Position numbers and translations under genes: made by a program. From an uncultured Candidatus Saccharibacteria bacterium (GTDB taxonomy: Bacteria; Patescibacteriota; Saccharimonadia; Saccharimonadales; Saccharimonadaceae): a stretch of DNA of 48,241 nucleotides. The stretch lies in the NCBI GenBank assembly GCA_947565505.1, contig CANOGH010000001.1:1-48241 (forward strand), given 5' to 3'. This document shows, piece by piece, positions 36,462 to 46,618 of this stretch. Positions within the stretch are counted from its first letter, which is position 1, and each line of letters opens with the position of its first letter. Below the pieces are notes generated by a model. The model was not told where the DNA came from and ran no database searches. It saw nothing but the letters and a program-made list of their open reading frames with translations.

Positions 36462-36719
36462 TCAAGAGCTTGGATAATTTAGTATAATATGTAGTGGTTG
36501 ATATGCACGATGACGGTTGGGGCTGTTTGGCTGGTGTTGTGGTTAACTCTATGCTTATGAAAGGGTGCGATGCTTTAATTATCTAAGTACTTTTGAGAAA
36601 AAATGATGGCGGATCGGAATGGTCCGCCGCTTTTAGTCTGGTTTTGTACTTCGGAGTAGCCTGCTGGTGCTTGCTTCGGTGGTATTGATTTTTTGGAGGA
36701 ATTTGTTATGATAAGAAAT

Positions 36720-37739
36720 ATGAATAATGTTTGGGACAAGCTACCGGCGAATTTTACGGTTTTAGCACCAATGGAAGGGGTGACCGATGTGGTGTTTCGG
36801 CAGGTGATTGCGCGAGCTGGTCGGCCAGACGTCTTTTTTACGGAGTTTACCAACGTGTCGAGCTTTGCTTCTGAGGAGGGTCGCGAAAATGCTTTAGAGC
36901 GGCTCGAAGTGGCGACTGGTGAATCGCCAATTATTGCTCAAATTTGGGGTAAAAATCCTGAGCACTTTGCGAAGTTAGCGAGCGCGTTGCAGGAGTTGGG
37001 TCTGAATATGGGTTGTCCCGATCGGCATGTCAACCGAACTGGTGGTGGGGCGGCAATGATTCAGACTCCAGATCTTGCTATCGAGTGCATCCGGCAGGCA
37101 AAGCAAGCGACGCAGTTGCCAGTATCGGTGAAGACACGTTTAGGCTATACGCGAGTAGAAGAGTTTCAGGAGTGGATACCGTTACTCTTGCGGGAAGGAC
37201 TAGTAGCTTTGACGGTACATCTCAGAACACGCAAGGAGATGTCAAAAGTACCAGCGCATTATGAATTGATTCCGAAGCTGGTAGAACTGAGAGACCAAAA
37301 TGCTCCCCAGACGAAGCTAATCATCAATGGGGATATTAAAGATGTCAAGATGAGTCGGGCTTTAGCTAGTCAATATGCAGGAGTGGATGGTTGGATGATC
37401 GGACGCGGAGTATTTGAAAATCCTTATTGTTTTACGGATCATCAGCCAACCAAGGCGGAGTTACTGGATTTGCTGAATTTACATTTGGACTTATTTAACC
37501 AGCAGGATCAAAAGTTAAAAGCGCAGCGTGTGGCAAAAACAAACTTTTCTTGGAAAGATTTAGACAAGCATGGCAATATTCGAGGTCTGCCTTATGAGCC
37601 ATTAAAACATTATTTTAAGATTTATATTCATGGTTTTGAGGGGGCGTCAGAACTCAGAGCAAGATTGATGGAGGCAAAAAATACGACAGAAGTGCGGCGG
37701 GTTTTGGCGCAGTGGCAGCAGATTACGGAAGCTTGCTAG
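36720..37739 (+). CDS. dus: tRNA-dihydrouridine synthase
   Basis: LAPMEGVTD, AQIWG, NMGCP, SVKTRLG, TVHLRT, INGDI, MIGRG; probable leaderless start ATG 36720. Confidence 0.92.
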   Translation: MNNVWDKLPANFTVLAPMEGVTDVVFRQVIARAGRPDVFFTEFTNVSSFASEEGRENALERLEVATGESPIIAQIWGKNPEHFAKLASALQELGLNMGCPDRHVNRTGGGAAMIQTPDLAIECIRQAKQATQLPVSVKTRLGYTRVEEFQEWIPLLLREGLVALTVHLRTRKEMSKVPAHYELIPKLVELRDQNAPQTKLIINGDIKDVKMSRALASQYAGVDGWMIGRGVFENPYCFTDHQPTKAELLDLLNLHLDLFNQQDQKLKAQRVAKTNFSWKDLDKHGNIRGLPYEPLKHYFKIYIHGFEGASELRARLMEAKNTTEVRRVLAQWQQITEAC

Positions 37740-38293
37740 TGGATTGAAACAAAGATTTTGTGGGCGACCTGCTTGAGATAGGTGTTGATTTCGTCGAGGC
37801 TGAAATTGCTCTTGCCTTGAAAATGTTGGATAATGAGGCTGATTGCGCCATTGACGAAAAAGTTAATTTGCATTTTGCTGTCTGGCTGGGATTGATAACG
37901 CATAGCGAGTTCAAGATTTTGAGTAATTTTGCGAGTGAGGTGTTCCATAAAGTGATAAGCATCTTGAGATGAAATCAACATATGATAGATCGGATCGTGC
38001 TCTTTAAGATAAAGGGTAATGCGGTCAAAGAATTCGTCTAAATCGGCAACCGTTTGGATGGTTTTGAAGTTTTGAAAGAATTCCTCCAAAAGCTCTTCTC
38101 GGAAGGTGGAGCCAACTTCGGCCACGTTATTGTAATGATTATAGAATGAGCTACGAGTAATGCTAGCACGCTCGGTCAGCTCAGTAACGGAGATATTACC
38201 CATACTTCCCTTTTCGCGCATTAGTTCAGCAAAGGCTTGTCGAATCTTATTGTCGGTTCTTTTGGAGGTAATATTGAGTTTCAAAATTTTCAT
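37736..38293 (-). CDS. TetR/AcrR-family transcriptional regulator
   Basis: ISVTELTERASITRSSFYNHY HTH; divergent from the MMPL gene. Confidence 0.92.
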   Translation of the reverse strand: MKILKLNITSKRTDNKIRQAFAELMREKGSMGNISVTELTERASITRSSFYNHYNNVAEVGSTFREELLEEFFQNFKTIQTVADLDEFFDRITLYLKEHDPIYHMLISSQDAYHFMEHLTRKITQNLELAMRYQSQPDSKMQINFFVNGAISLIIQHFQGKSNFSLDEINTYLKQVAHKIFVSIH

Positions 38294-38412
38294 AGTATTT
38301 CTAGTATAAGTCGTAAAATGATTTTTGTATAGTCATTCTTCTGGTGCTAAGATGAGTGTTCTGGATGCTTCCGAGGTAATTTAAGCCATATTATAACATA
38401 TTATTCTAATAT

Positions 38413-38475
38413 TATCAAAACTTGGACAAAAATAGCTAAAGTGTCAAAATTTGGACACTTGTCTAAGTTTTGTCC
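38413..38475. promoter_or_regulatory. Putative TetR operator array
   Basis: TATCAAAACTTGGACA (38413), TGTCAAAATTTGGACA (38442) and TGTCTAAGTTTTGTCC (38460) in the divergent tetR-MMPL intergenic region. Confidence 0.75.
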
Positions 38476-38664
38476 TTTATCTATCTGGTAATCTTTGTTA
38501 TAGTGAGGGGGTGACTAAAATTAGGGAAATGATTTAAGGGGTGTAAGTTTAAGATCACGAACCATTGTGTAGTCATGAGCTCTGAGAATGGATACGGACA
38601 GAGCTGCGAGTGTAATTTATGGAATAAAAGAGGTTAAGAATTTAAGAGATAAGGAGTTGGATAA

Positions 38665-41600
38665 ATGAAACGGATCACGGATTTTATCGTAGAGCAGCGC
38701 AATATTATTCTGGCGGTGTTTGTAGGATTGGCTGGGGTGGCACTGTTTTTGAGTGGGCAGGTAAAAATTAATCATGATATGACGGCGTATTTGCCAGATG
38801 ACTCGGAGACTCGTCAAGGTATGGATATTATGGAGGCAGAATTCGAGCCAGAAAAGACTAGTGAATTGCTGGTGATGGTGGCAGATCTTGGTGAATCCGA
38901 AAAACAGCAGACTCGGCAATATTTGGAGAATTTGGAAGGGGTTGCAAGGGTAGATTATGATGCATCTAGCGATTATAACCGTGAAGATCAGACCTTATAT
39001 AAGTTAATGATTGATGATGTGGATGATTCGGAGTTGGCGGCGCAGGTTTATGAGGAAGTTGAGACGCATTTTGGGGCTCAAGAGCGAAAGTTTGAGCTGG
39101 GGGGAGCTGTTGCGGCGCAAAATGCCGAAGTGTTGCCTTTATGGATTGTGATTTTGGCGGTAGGTGTAGCCTTGGTGATTTTGATTGTAATGAGTAGTTC
39201 GTACGTGGAGCCGTTCCTGTTTTTGTTTACTATCCTGATTGCAATTTTACTAAATAAAGGTACTAATGTTATATTTCCAAGCGTTTCCAATATCACGGAT
39301 TCGATTACGGCGATTTTACAACTAGCACTGTCCATGGATTACTCGATTATGCTGATGACTCGTTACACTCAAGAGAAAAAAGTTGAACCAGATAAAGTCA
39401 AGGCAATGAAGGCGGCGCTCTTCAACGCTTTTAAATCAATTTCCTCAAGCTCCGTAACAACTGTGGTGGGTCTGATTGCGCTGGTTTTTATGAGTTTCAC
39501 GATTGGGCGTGATTTGGGATTGGTTTTAGCTAAAGGAGTGGTCTTCAGCCTGGTAGCAATCTTTACCTGTTTGCCAGCATTGATTTTAATGTTTGATCGA
39601 CTAATTGAGAAAACGCAGAAGAGATCTCCAGAAGTGAAATTTAACCACGTGGGTAAGGCGGCTTATAAGTTGCGCTATGTGGGTGTGGGTTTGTTTGTGT
39701 TGGCTTTTGGTGCGAGTTATTTGATGAAAGGCAATTTGGGAATACTTTATACTGATGCTGAGGAGGACGAGATTAGTCAGGTTTTTCCGGCTAATAACCA
39801 GATGGCGATAGTATATACGAATCCGAGCGAAGCGGAAATGGCACTTTTGTGTAAAGATCAAGAGCATAATGAGAAGGTTAAACAGGTTCTTTGTTACGGT
39901 AATACAATCGGCGAGCCTATGGCAGTAGAGGATCTGAATGCTAAATTAACTGATCTTGGCAGCGAAACTCAGATTGCAGATTATTTGCTAGGCATCGTGT
40001 ATTATGATTATTTTGCGGGAGATGTAGAATATCGGTTAACGGCAGATGAATTTGTGGATTTTGTGCAGACGGAAGTCATGAATAATCCTGCAACGGCTGA
40101 AAAAATTGATGCTGCGATGCAGGCAAATTTGACAAGGTTGCGTAATTTTACGAATCCAAGCTTAGCTTTAGCTCCACGTGACGCAGCGACCTTGGCGGAG
40201 ATTTTAGAAACTGATGTGGCGCAGATACAGGATTTGTTGATTTATTATAATGCACGTGGGAATAGTCTGCGTCTTGATATACCAGAATTTATGAATTTTT
40301 TGACAAGCTATGTTTTAAATAGTAAATATGGTGATGGTTTCGATGTTGCGGCACGCACAAAATTACAGACAGTGATAAATTTAGCGGATCGTAATTTATT
40401 ACTAGCGGAGTTGAATAGCTTCCAGATGGCAAATCTGTTAGGCTTAAATCAGGCGGATATTGAGAGTCTATATTTGTATAATTTGACTTTGACGGAGTTA
40501 AATACCCGATTAACGCTAGCGGAGTGGATTGAGTTTACGAATAATTACGTTTTAAATCATCCGAGTTATCAAGGACAGTTGAGTGAGGCAGCACGAATGA
40601 GCCTTGCGCAGCTAGCGAGTTTAACTAATCCTGCTATGATGACGAGGGAAATGACGGCAGCCGAACTAGCTTCGTTTCTGAATCTCCCCCTTACAAATGT
40701 TCAGGGTATTATGATGGCGAAAGCGCAAATTGAGCAACAGACTGTATCGGCGATGAGTCCGTACGATTTTGTGAATTTTGCGGTCAAGAACGCGGATCGG
40801 TTGGGTTTGACCACTGAAGGATTGGCTGCCTTGAGTCAAGCGCAGTATCTGATGACTAGCGTGATGGAGGGTCGTGGCTATGCTTATGCCGAATTAGCAC
40901 AAATTGTAGGGTTAGATCAAACTACCATGAAACAAATTTACGCTTTGTACACTTTGCAGTATGTGGGCGCTACGATGTCGCCTTACGATTTTGTGAATTT
41001 TGTCTTGCTGCACCAGAATGATACCTTCCTTCACGGCAAGATGAATCCAGAAGTGATTAGCAGCTTGCAAACTTTGCAGCAGATTATGACGGGCGTGGTG
41101 AATTGGCAGAATTATAGTGCGATTGAGATGGCGAATTTACTAGGAATTGAAGGTGAGGATGTAGAATTGCTTTATTCGCTATACGAGATGGAGATTTTGT
41201 TGAAACCGGTGACGCCATCATTGGTAGAGTTTACGGATTTTATGATCGATGATGTGATGCAGCACCCGAAGTATGCAAGCAATGTAGATGTAGAAACTGG
41301 TGAGCAGTTAGTAGCGGTGCGTAATTTATTACACGATAGTTTGACGAAGCGCACTTATGCGGCTGGTGAATTGACTATGGCGCTGTCGGACTTTACGGAT
41401 GATCTGGATGAGAACTTAATGGCGGTAATTTATTTGTATCATGGTAGCAAATTTGATTTTAATTACCAGTGGCGATTGACGGTAGAAGAGCTGATTAATT
41501 ATGTGCATGACGAGTTACTAAATGATGCAAGGTTTGCTAATTTTGTAGACGCAGAGATGCGGCAAGAAGTAGCTAGCGCGCATGAAATGGTAGCAGATGC

Positions 41601-42285
41601 TAAAAAGATGTTGGTGGGAGAGAAACATTCACGGATAATTTTAAATACGACTTACCTTGCTGAAGGTTCGGAAACTTTTGATTATATTCAGAATACCAAG
41701 ATGAAGCTTGACGCGGTAGAAGGTGAACATTTTATGATTGGTAATTCCCTGATGGCTTATGAAATGTCGCAAAGTTTTGGTGGGGAGATGGACATGATTA
41801 CGATTTTGACCATGATCTTCATCTTTGTGGTGGTGGCGGTTACCTTTAAATCGATGTTGATCCCAGCGATTTTAGTATTATTGATTCAGTGTGCGGTTTA
41901 TGTGACTATGGGGCTAATGACAATAAGTGGCGGAAATGTTTACTTTATTGCGTTATTGATTGTGCAGAGTATTTTAATGGGAGCGACGATCGATTATGCG
42001 ATTTTGTACACTTCCTATTACGTGGAATCGCGTGCTCAAATGTCAGTGAAAGAGGCGATTGTGAGTAGTTATAATAAATCCATGCATGCTATTGCTACTT
42101 CGGGATTGATTCTGATTTTAGCAACTTTGATTGTGGGAAAATTCTCCAGCGGTATTACTGCTAAAATTTGTAACACGATTGCGGCAGGTACAACATCAGC
42201 GGCAATTCTGATTCTAGTTCTATTGCCGGCCGTGCTTGGAGCGGTAGATCGATTAGTGATTAGAAAAGCGAAAGAGACGAAATAA
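38665..42285 (+). CDS. MMPL/RND-family transporter with a large repetitive extracytoplasmic insert
   Basis: YLPDDSETRQG, LALSMDYSI and MGATIDYAIL motifs; two TM blocks; internal helical repeats (MSPYDFVNF twice). Confidence 0.9.
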   Translation: MKRITDFIVEQRNIILAVFVGLAGVALFLSGQVKINHDMTAYLPDDSETRQGMDIMEAEFEPEKTSELLVMVADLGESEKQQTRQYLENLEGVARVDYDASSDYNREDQTLYKLMIDDVDDSELAAQVYEEVETHFGAQERKFELGGAVAAQNAEVLPLWIVILAVGVALVILIVMSSSYVEPFLFLFTILIAILLNKGTNVIFPSVSNITDSITAILQLALSMDYSIMLMTRYTQEKKVEPDKVKAMKAALFNAFKSISSSSVTTVVGLIALVFMSFTIGRDLGLVLAKGVVFSLVAIFTCLPALILMFDRLIEKTQKRSPEVKFNHVGKAAYKLRYVGVGLFVLAFGASYLMKGNLGILYTDAEEDEISQVFPANNQMAIVYTNPSEAEMALLCKDQEHNEKVKQVLCYGNTIGEPMAVEDLNAKLTDLGSETQIADYLLGIVYYDYFAGDVEYRLTADEFVDFVQTEVMNNPATAEKIDAAMQANLTRLRNFTNPSLALAPRDAATLAEILETDVAQIQDLLIYYNARGNSLRLDIPEFMNFLTSYVLNSKYGDGFDVAARTKLQTVINLADRNLLLAELNSFQMANLLGLNQADIESLYLYNLTLTELNTRLTLAEWIEFTNNYVLNHPSYQGQLSEAARMSLAQLASLTNPAMMTREMTAAELASFLNLPLTNVQGIMMAKAQIEQQTVSAMSPYDFVNFAVKNADRLGLTTEGLAALSQAQYLMTSVMEGRGYAYAELAQIVGLDQTTMKQIYALYTLQYVGATMSPYDFVNFVLLHQNDTFLHGKMNPEVISSLQTLQQIMTGVVNWQNYSAIEMANLLGIEGEDVELLYSLYEMEILLKPVTPSLVEFTDFMIDDVMQHPKYASNVDVETGEQLVAVRNLLHDSLTKRTYAAGELTMALSDFTDDLDENLMAVIYLYHGSKFDFNYQWRLTVEELINYVHDELLNDARFANFVDAEMRQEVASAHEMVADAKKMLVGEKHSRIILNTTYLAEGSETFDYIQNTKMKLDAVEGEHFMIGNSLMAYEMSQSFGGEMDMITILTMIFIFVVVAVTFKSMLIPAILVLLIQCAVYVTMGLMTISGGNVYFIALLIVQSILMGATIDYAILYTSYYVESRAQMSVKEAIVSSYNKSMHAIATSGLILILATLIVGKFSSGITAKICNTIAAGTTSAAILILVLLPAVLGAVDRLVIRKAKETK

Positions 42286-42327
42286 ATTTTAAAGAGAAAG
42301 ATGATACTGATCTTTTATTCCTTCTAA

Positions 42328-42350
42328 ATCCTCCGGCTTAGCCGGAGGAT
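42328..42350. terminator. GC-rich hairpin between the convergent MMPL gene and der operon
   Basis: ATCCTCCGGC-TTA-GCCGGAGGAT. Confidence 0.65.
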
Positions 42351-42664
42351 CGATCCTTTAATCGGGTTTCATTCCTTGCGGTAGGTTTTTGAGAAATGAG
42401 GACAGAACGCGCGTCTTGCGTTTATTTATTCATAATTCGTTTTCTCATGGCTTAATTCACCAGCGATCGAAAAGATTATATAATGTTCCCCTCTCCTCTT
42501 CGGACTTAGCATCTCGGGCTCTGTTCTGTAGCTCTAGATAGTTATGTCTTTTTGTGGTATCGGCATATAACTGTTAACCATGGAAGTTTGTCAAGGTTTT
42601 TGAACTTTTTTAGTGGAAAATTAAGACGTTTTTTGAGTTCTGGAGAGAAAATATGGATTTTCTA

Positions 42665-42693
42665 TTGACTTTTTTGACGAAGTGTGATATAAT
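42665..42693 (+). promoter_or_regulatory. Consensus sigma70 promoter pointing into the 3' end of the flavin reductase gene
   Basis: TTGACT-17 bp-TATAAT with extended TG. Confidence 0.6.
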
Positions 42694-42760
42694 AGAAGTT
42701 TGGGATTAAAACAGGCCAGAATAACATCTTTTAAATTTCCCTGCTTCTATGAAGCTCAGG

Positions 42761-43363
42761 TTAATCCTCTTTTTCCTTGAAGTAACTTTTGCCTAATTTG
42801 CAGATTGGGCAAATAAAATCGTCTGGCACTTCATCACCATAATAGATGTAGCCACAGGCAGTGCAGATCCAGGCGGTCTTGCCTTTTTCGGTGGTGATTT
42901 TAAGTAAATCCTCTTTATTTTCTTGATACTCAGCATAAGTCATCGGTTCTTCGTCTTCAAGAATGTCTCCTTCAATCATCTTGCCGAGAAATAGAGTATG
43001 GGTGCCACAGTCAATGCTATCAACTTTTTCGAGGATAATATAGCCTAAAGATTTTTTGACAACTTTAGTGTTTTTGACCTCGATTGTTTCGATGCCTTCA
43101 AATTTATCGACATCTCGTGAGCAATTAAAACCGAATTGTTTGATAATTTCACCGTCGGCGTCTTTACCTAAGACGGAAATAGCAAATGTAGAATTTTTCT
43201 GCAATAACTGGTGCGTATGATTATCTTTACAAATTGCTACTGCAATAATAGGATTGTCTCCGGCACTAGCTTGAATAACGGCATCAACTACGCAGCCACC
43301 GCCTTCGGTAGTTAAAACGTACATTCCTTGGCTGATTTTACGGGTAATTTTTTTATTCTTCAT
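42761..43363 (-). CDS. Flavin reductase-rubredoxin fusion (high-molecular-weight rubredoxin-like)
   Basis: GMYVLT, FAISVL, SRDVDKF, GTHTLFLG, PMTY; C-terminal WICTACGYIY..CPICK. Confidence 0.9.
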   Translation of the reverse strand: MKNKKITRKISQGMYVLTTEGGGCVVDAVIQASAGDNPIIAVAICKDNHTHQLLQKNSTFAISVLGKDADGEIIKQFGFNCSRDVDKFEGIETIEVKNTKVVKKSLGYIILEKVDSIDCGTHTLFLGKMIEGDILEDEEPMTYAEYQENKEDLLKITTEKGKTAWICTACGYIYYGDEVPDDFICPICKLGKSYFKEKED

Positions 43364-44684
43364 GTTGTTTCTCCTCTGAATTCATTTTGTGATTGCCACC
43401 ATGGAAACTAATCATAATTGGTGTACCGACAAAAGGAAACTTTTCTCTAATTTTACGTTCTAAAAATCTCTTCCAGGACCAGTGCACCAATCCGACCTCG
43501 TGACCATAAACCACGAACCATGGCGGGCAAGTGTCTGTCTGTACCATGTATTTGAGCTTGGGTCGGGTATTTTTAAGCCCTGCAGGCGGATGCTCAATCA
43601 CGGCTTCACTTAAAATCTTGTTCAGGTCGGAGGTTTTAATCTCTTGGTGACGGTTTTCCTCAATCTCAAGTGTGAGCTCAAAAAGTTTAGTAACATTTTT
43701 ACCAGTTTCACTGCTGGTGAGTAGGACTGGTGCATAAGGCAGAAAGTTAAAATCGCGTTCCAAAGAGTCAAGAATTTGATCACTGTCTTCTACTAGATCC
43801 AACTTGGTGACTACCACGATGATACCCTTGCCAGCTTCAATGATTTGGCCGGCCAAAGCTTGGTCTAGCTTGGCGTGTGGCTCAGTAGCGTCAACTAGTA
43901 GTGCGCATACATCTGCCTCCTCAATAGCGGCTAAGGTTCTGAGGGCGGAAAATTTTTCGATGCCGACCTCGCGCTTGCCGGGGCGACGCAGTCCGGCGGT
44001 GTCGAGAATTTCAATAGTTTTCTGGTTGTGACGAATAGCTACTCGATTAATGTCACGGGTGGTTCCCTGCTTAGAACTGACGATGGCTTGCTGTTTGCGC
44101 CCCAAAGAATTAAATAGGCTGGATTTACCAACATTGGGTCGGCCAATGAGAGCTAGTTTGATCTCGCTTGTGGGCTGGTGATTTGGTTGGGGATAGCCTA
44201 GGTTAGCTTGAATAGCGGCTTTAAGTTCTTTGATTCCTTGGCCGGTTGTGGCAGAAACCCGAAAGGTCTGCTCAGGCTTAATGCCTAGACTGCGGAATTC
44301 ATCGGCTGGTAAACTTTCACCAAGGTCAGATTTATTGAGCAAGAGGAGTAAAGGCTTTTGGGAACGCAGGGCTTTTTTGGCGATCTCTTTATCGCGTTGG
44401 TCAAGATATTTGCTGGAGTCAAGTGTCAATAGGATAACGTCTGCTGCCTCAATAGCGTCACTAATTTGATCCTGAATGTTGGCTTCAAAGTCATCTTCGG
44501 GATTTTTGAGACCGGCAGTATCAATCATTAAGAAACTATCCTCAATCCTGGCGGTAACATTGTCCCTAGTGGTACCGGCTTCACGGGCAACAATGGCGAT
44601 GTTTTTGCGTGCGAAACGATTCAGCAGGCTGGATTTGCCGGCATTAGTTTGTCCAATGAGCGCTATGATTGGTAATTTCTTCAT
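43353..44684 (-). CDS. der: Ribosome biogenesis GTPase Der
   Basis: Two G domains (GQTNAGKS, GRPNVGKS; GTTRD and DTAG twice) plus a KH-like C-terminus. Confidence 0.97.
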   Translation of the reverse strand: MKKLPIIALIGQTNAGKSSLLNRFARKNIAIVAREAGTTRDNVTARIEDSFLMIDTAGLKNPEDDFEANIQDQISDAIEAADVILLTLDSSKYLDQRDKEIAKKALRSQKPLLLLLNKSDLGESLPADEFRSLGIKPEQTFRVSATTGQGIKELKAAIQANLGYPQPNHQPTSEIKLALIGRPNVGKSSLFNSLGRKQQAIVSSKQGTTRDINRVAIRHNQKTIEILDTAGLRRPGKREVGIEKFSALRTLAAIEEADVCALLVDATEPHAKLDQALAGQIIEAGKGIIVVVTKLDLVEDSDQILDSLERDFNFLPYAPVLLTSSETGKNVTKLFELTLEIEENRHQEIKTSDLNKILSEAVIEHPPAGLKNTRPKLKYMVQTDTCPPWFVVYGHEVGLVHWSWKRFLERKIREKFPFVGTPIMISFHGGNHKMNSEEKQHEE

Positions 44685-44740
44685 ACTATAATTATATCTA
44701 ATTTTTTAAGAGAGATCAAGTTTAACGCTGTAATTGAAGA

Positions 44741-46618
44741 TTATTCATATTTGAGCCCAGCAATAATGCTTTGCTTGGTTTTCAGGATTGTGGGTAGAAG
44801 CGCGGCGGTCAGGGAGACTAGGAGTAATGCCAGACTCGTTAAAAGGCAGTTGGCTAGCTGTGGCTCGAAAAGTTGAGCTCTTATTGTGTTGTCAAGATTG
44901 AAAAAGCTGGCTTGTAGGAAGGTGGTTAGTAGGCTAGATAACCATGGATTAAGGATTAGCCCTAAGATGAGTGTTAAAAAGATTGATACGAGAATAATAA
45001 AGCTGGTAATTAGACAGGTATAAGTTAAATAGATGGTGATAATTTGCGTGCGCTGAAAGCCAGTAGCTTTAAAAATAGCAATTTCTTTACGGTCGCTAGA
45101 TATTGAGCGCATGATGGAAACGGTCATAAGAATAATTGTTAGGACAAAAATCATGAGAATTGCGATCATGATGATACTGGTGAGGGTTTCAATAATATTA
45201 TTGATGATTAGGCTGTGATTGTTGTCTGCGGTAAGGTAGAATGGTTTATCTTCAGTGGCGCAACCGTTATTAATACCACCTTTTAAGGTACAGCTTTGTT
45301 CGTTAATAAAACGCGTAGCGGTGTTAGCATCTTTAAATTCAATTAGAAAACTTTCACTAGTTCCTAGGTAGTCTGTCGTGCTGGGCGGGTGAAAAATTTG
45401 AGATAATTCGGTGAGGTGAGCCTCGTAGTAGTCTCGTGAAATCAAGGGCGTGGCGAGATTGATCCCGCCCAGAGATTGGATCATTGCTAAAATGTCGGTG
45501 GAGTGCGTAGTTTGACGGATGTCTGGAATAATACCAATAACTTTGAAATTGACAATTTTCTGCACCGGCTCTTCATATTCGCCTAAGGCAGTTTGATAGG
45601 CGATTTGGAGTTGTGCTTGTTGGATTTCGTCGTTGGATCGAGTATCTTCAGCAACTGTGACGGGGCCACAAGGCTCTGATGGCAAATTATGGATTAAGCT
45701 TGGTTTGTTATAATCTTTTTCGTTGGCATGACGGGCGATTTCGTTCTGGATTTGTTGAGCTTGGAAAATGAGGGCTTTTGAAGCTTCATTGCGATAGCAG
45801 GTTGTAATTGTAAGATCTTGTGAGCGTTGGTAAATTTCCCGGAAACGGGCGAGTTTTGCCTCGCTGCTCGCTTGATCACTGAGGGGCGTATAATCAAAAT
45901 ATTGTTCTAGGGTGGTGAGGCTCATGGTAACTGGAATAGTATTTTGTTCTAATTTAAGGTCAGCGCTATCAAATAAATAATATTGGTAAACCGCGCTTTC
46001 TAAAACGTGCAAACCATAAAAGATAGGATTTTCGCTATTGCTGGTGGGGTCTTTGAGGTCTTGCAAGTTTTCGTGACCTTCTTGCAATATGGATAAATTG
46101 CCGTTAGTGCCAATTGTGGATTCTGAATAGACTTTTTGATACGGGTAGTTGTTTAAAATTTGCAATAGTTCGGCTAGACCAGCTTGATGATAGCCTTGCA
46201 TTTTTTCATCAATGGCGAGTCCGGCATACTTAGTGTATTCTTTAAAAATGCGTTCACCATTGAGGTATTCGGTTGGTTTTTCCTCTGATGCTGGGTCGTA
46301 GGGTAGGTTTAATTGTGCGGCTAAATTAGCATGTTCCTTAGTATGCTGATCATATAGCGATTCGGCAAGATCCCAGACTGTTTGATCGTTTTTTAAGTCT
46401 GGATTAACTCGTACGTTGCGCGCGGTAACGATAAATTTTCCATTTAGGCCCTGATTATTAAAGTCGTGAAGACTTGTTTTGAAACCTTGCAGAAAGGATG
46501 ATGCCAATAATACGCCGGTCAGTAAGATGATTTCAGTGCTCAAGAAAAAACCGTGCCAGATTTTTTGGCTAGAAATTTTTGTGAGTGCAAGGGTGATAGC
46601 GTCTTTAAATTTTAACAT
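44741..46618 (-). CDS. FtsX/MacB-like ABC permease
   Basis: One TM, a large extracytoplasmic domain, DRKEIAIFKATG, three TM, ends LKYE. Confidence 0.85.
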   Translation of the reverse strand: MLKFKDAITLALTKISSQKIWHGFFLSTEIILLTGVLLASSFLQGFKTSLHDFNNQGLNGKFIVTARNVRVNPDLKNDQTVWDLAESLYDQHTKEHANLAAQLNLPYDPASEEKPTEYLNGERIFKEYTKYAGLAIDEKMQGYHQAGLAELLQILNNYPYQKVYSESTIGTNGNLSILQEGHENLQDLKDPTSNSENPIFYGLHVLESAVYQYYLFDSADLKLEQNTIPVTMSLTTLEQYFDYTPLSDQASSEAKLARFREIYQRSQDLTITTCYRNEASKALIFQAQQIQNEIARHANEKDYNKPSLIHNLPSEPCGPVTVAEDTRSNDEIQQAQLQIAYQTALGEYEEPVQKIVNFKVIGIIPDIRQTTHSTDILAMIQSLGGINLATPLISRDYYEAHLTELSQIFHPPSTTDYLGTSESFLIEFKDANTATRFINEQSCTLKGGINNGCATEDKPFYLTADNNHSLIINNIIETLTSIIMIAILMIFVLTIILMTVSIMRSISSDRKEIAIFKATGFQRTQIITIYLTYTCLITSFIILVSIFLTLILGLILNPWLSSLLTTFLQASFFNLDNTIRAQLFEPQLANCLLTSLALLLVSLTAALLPTILKTKQSIIAGLKYE

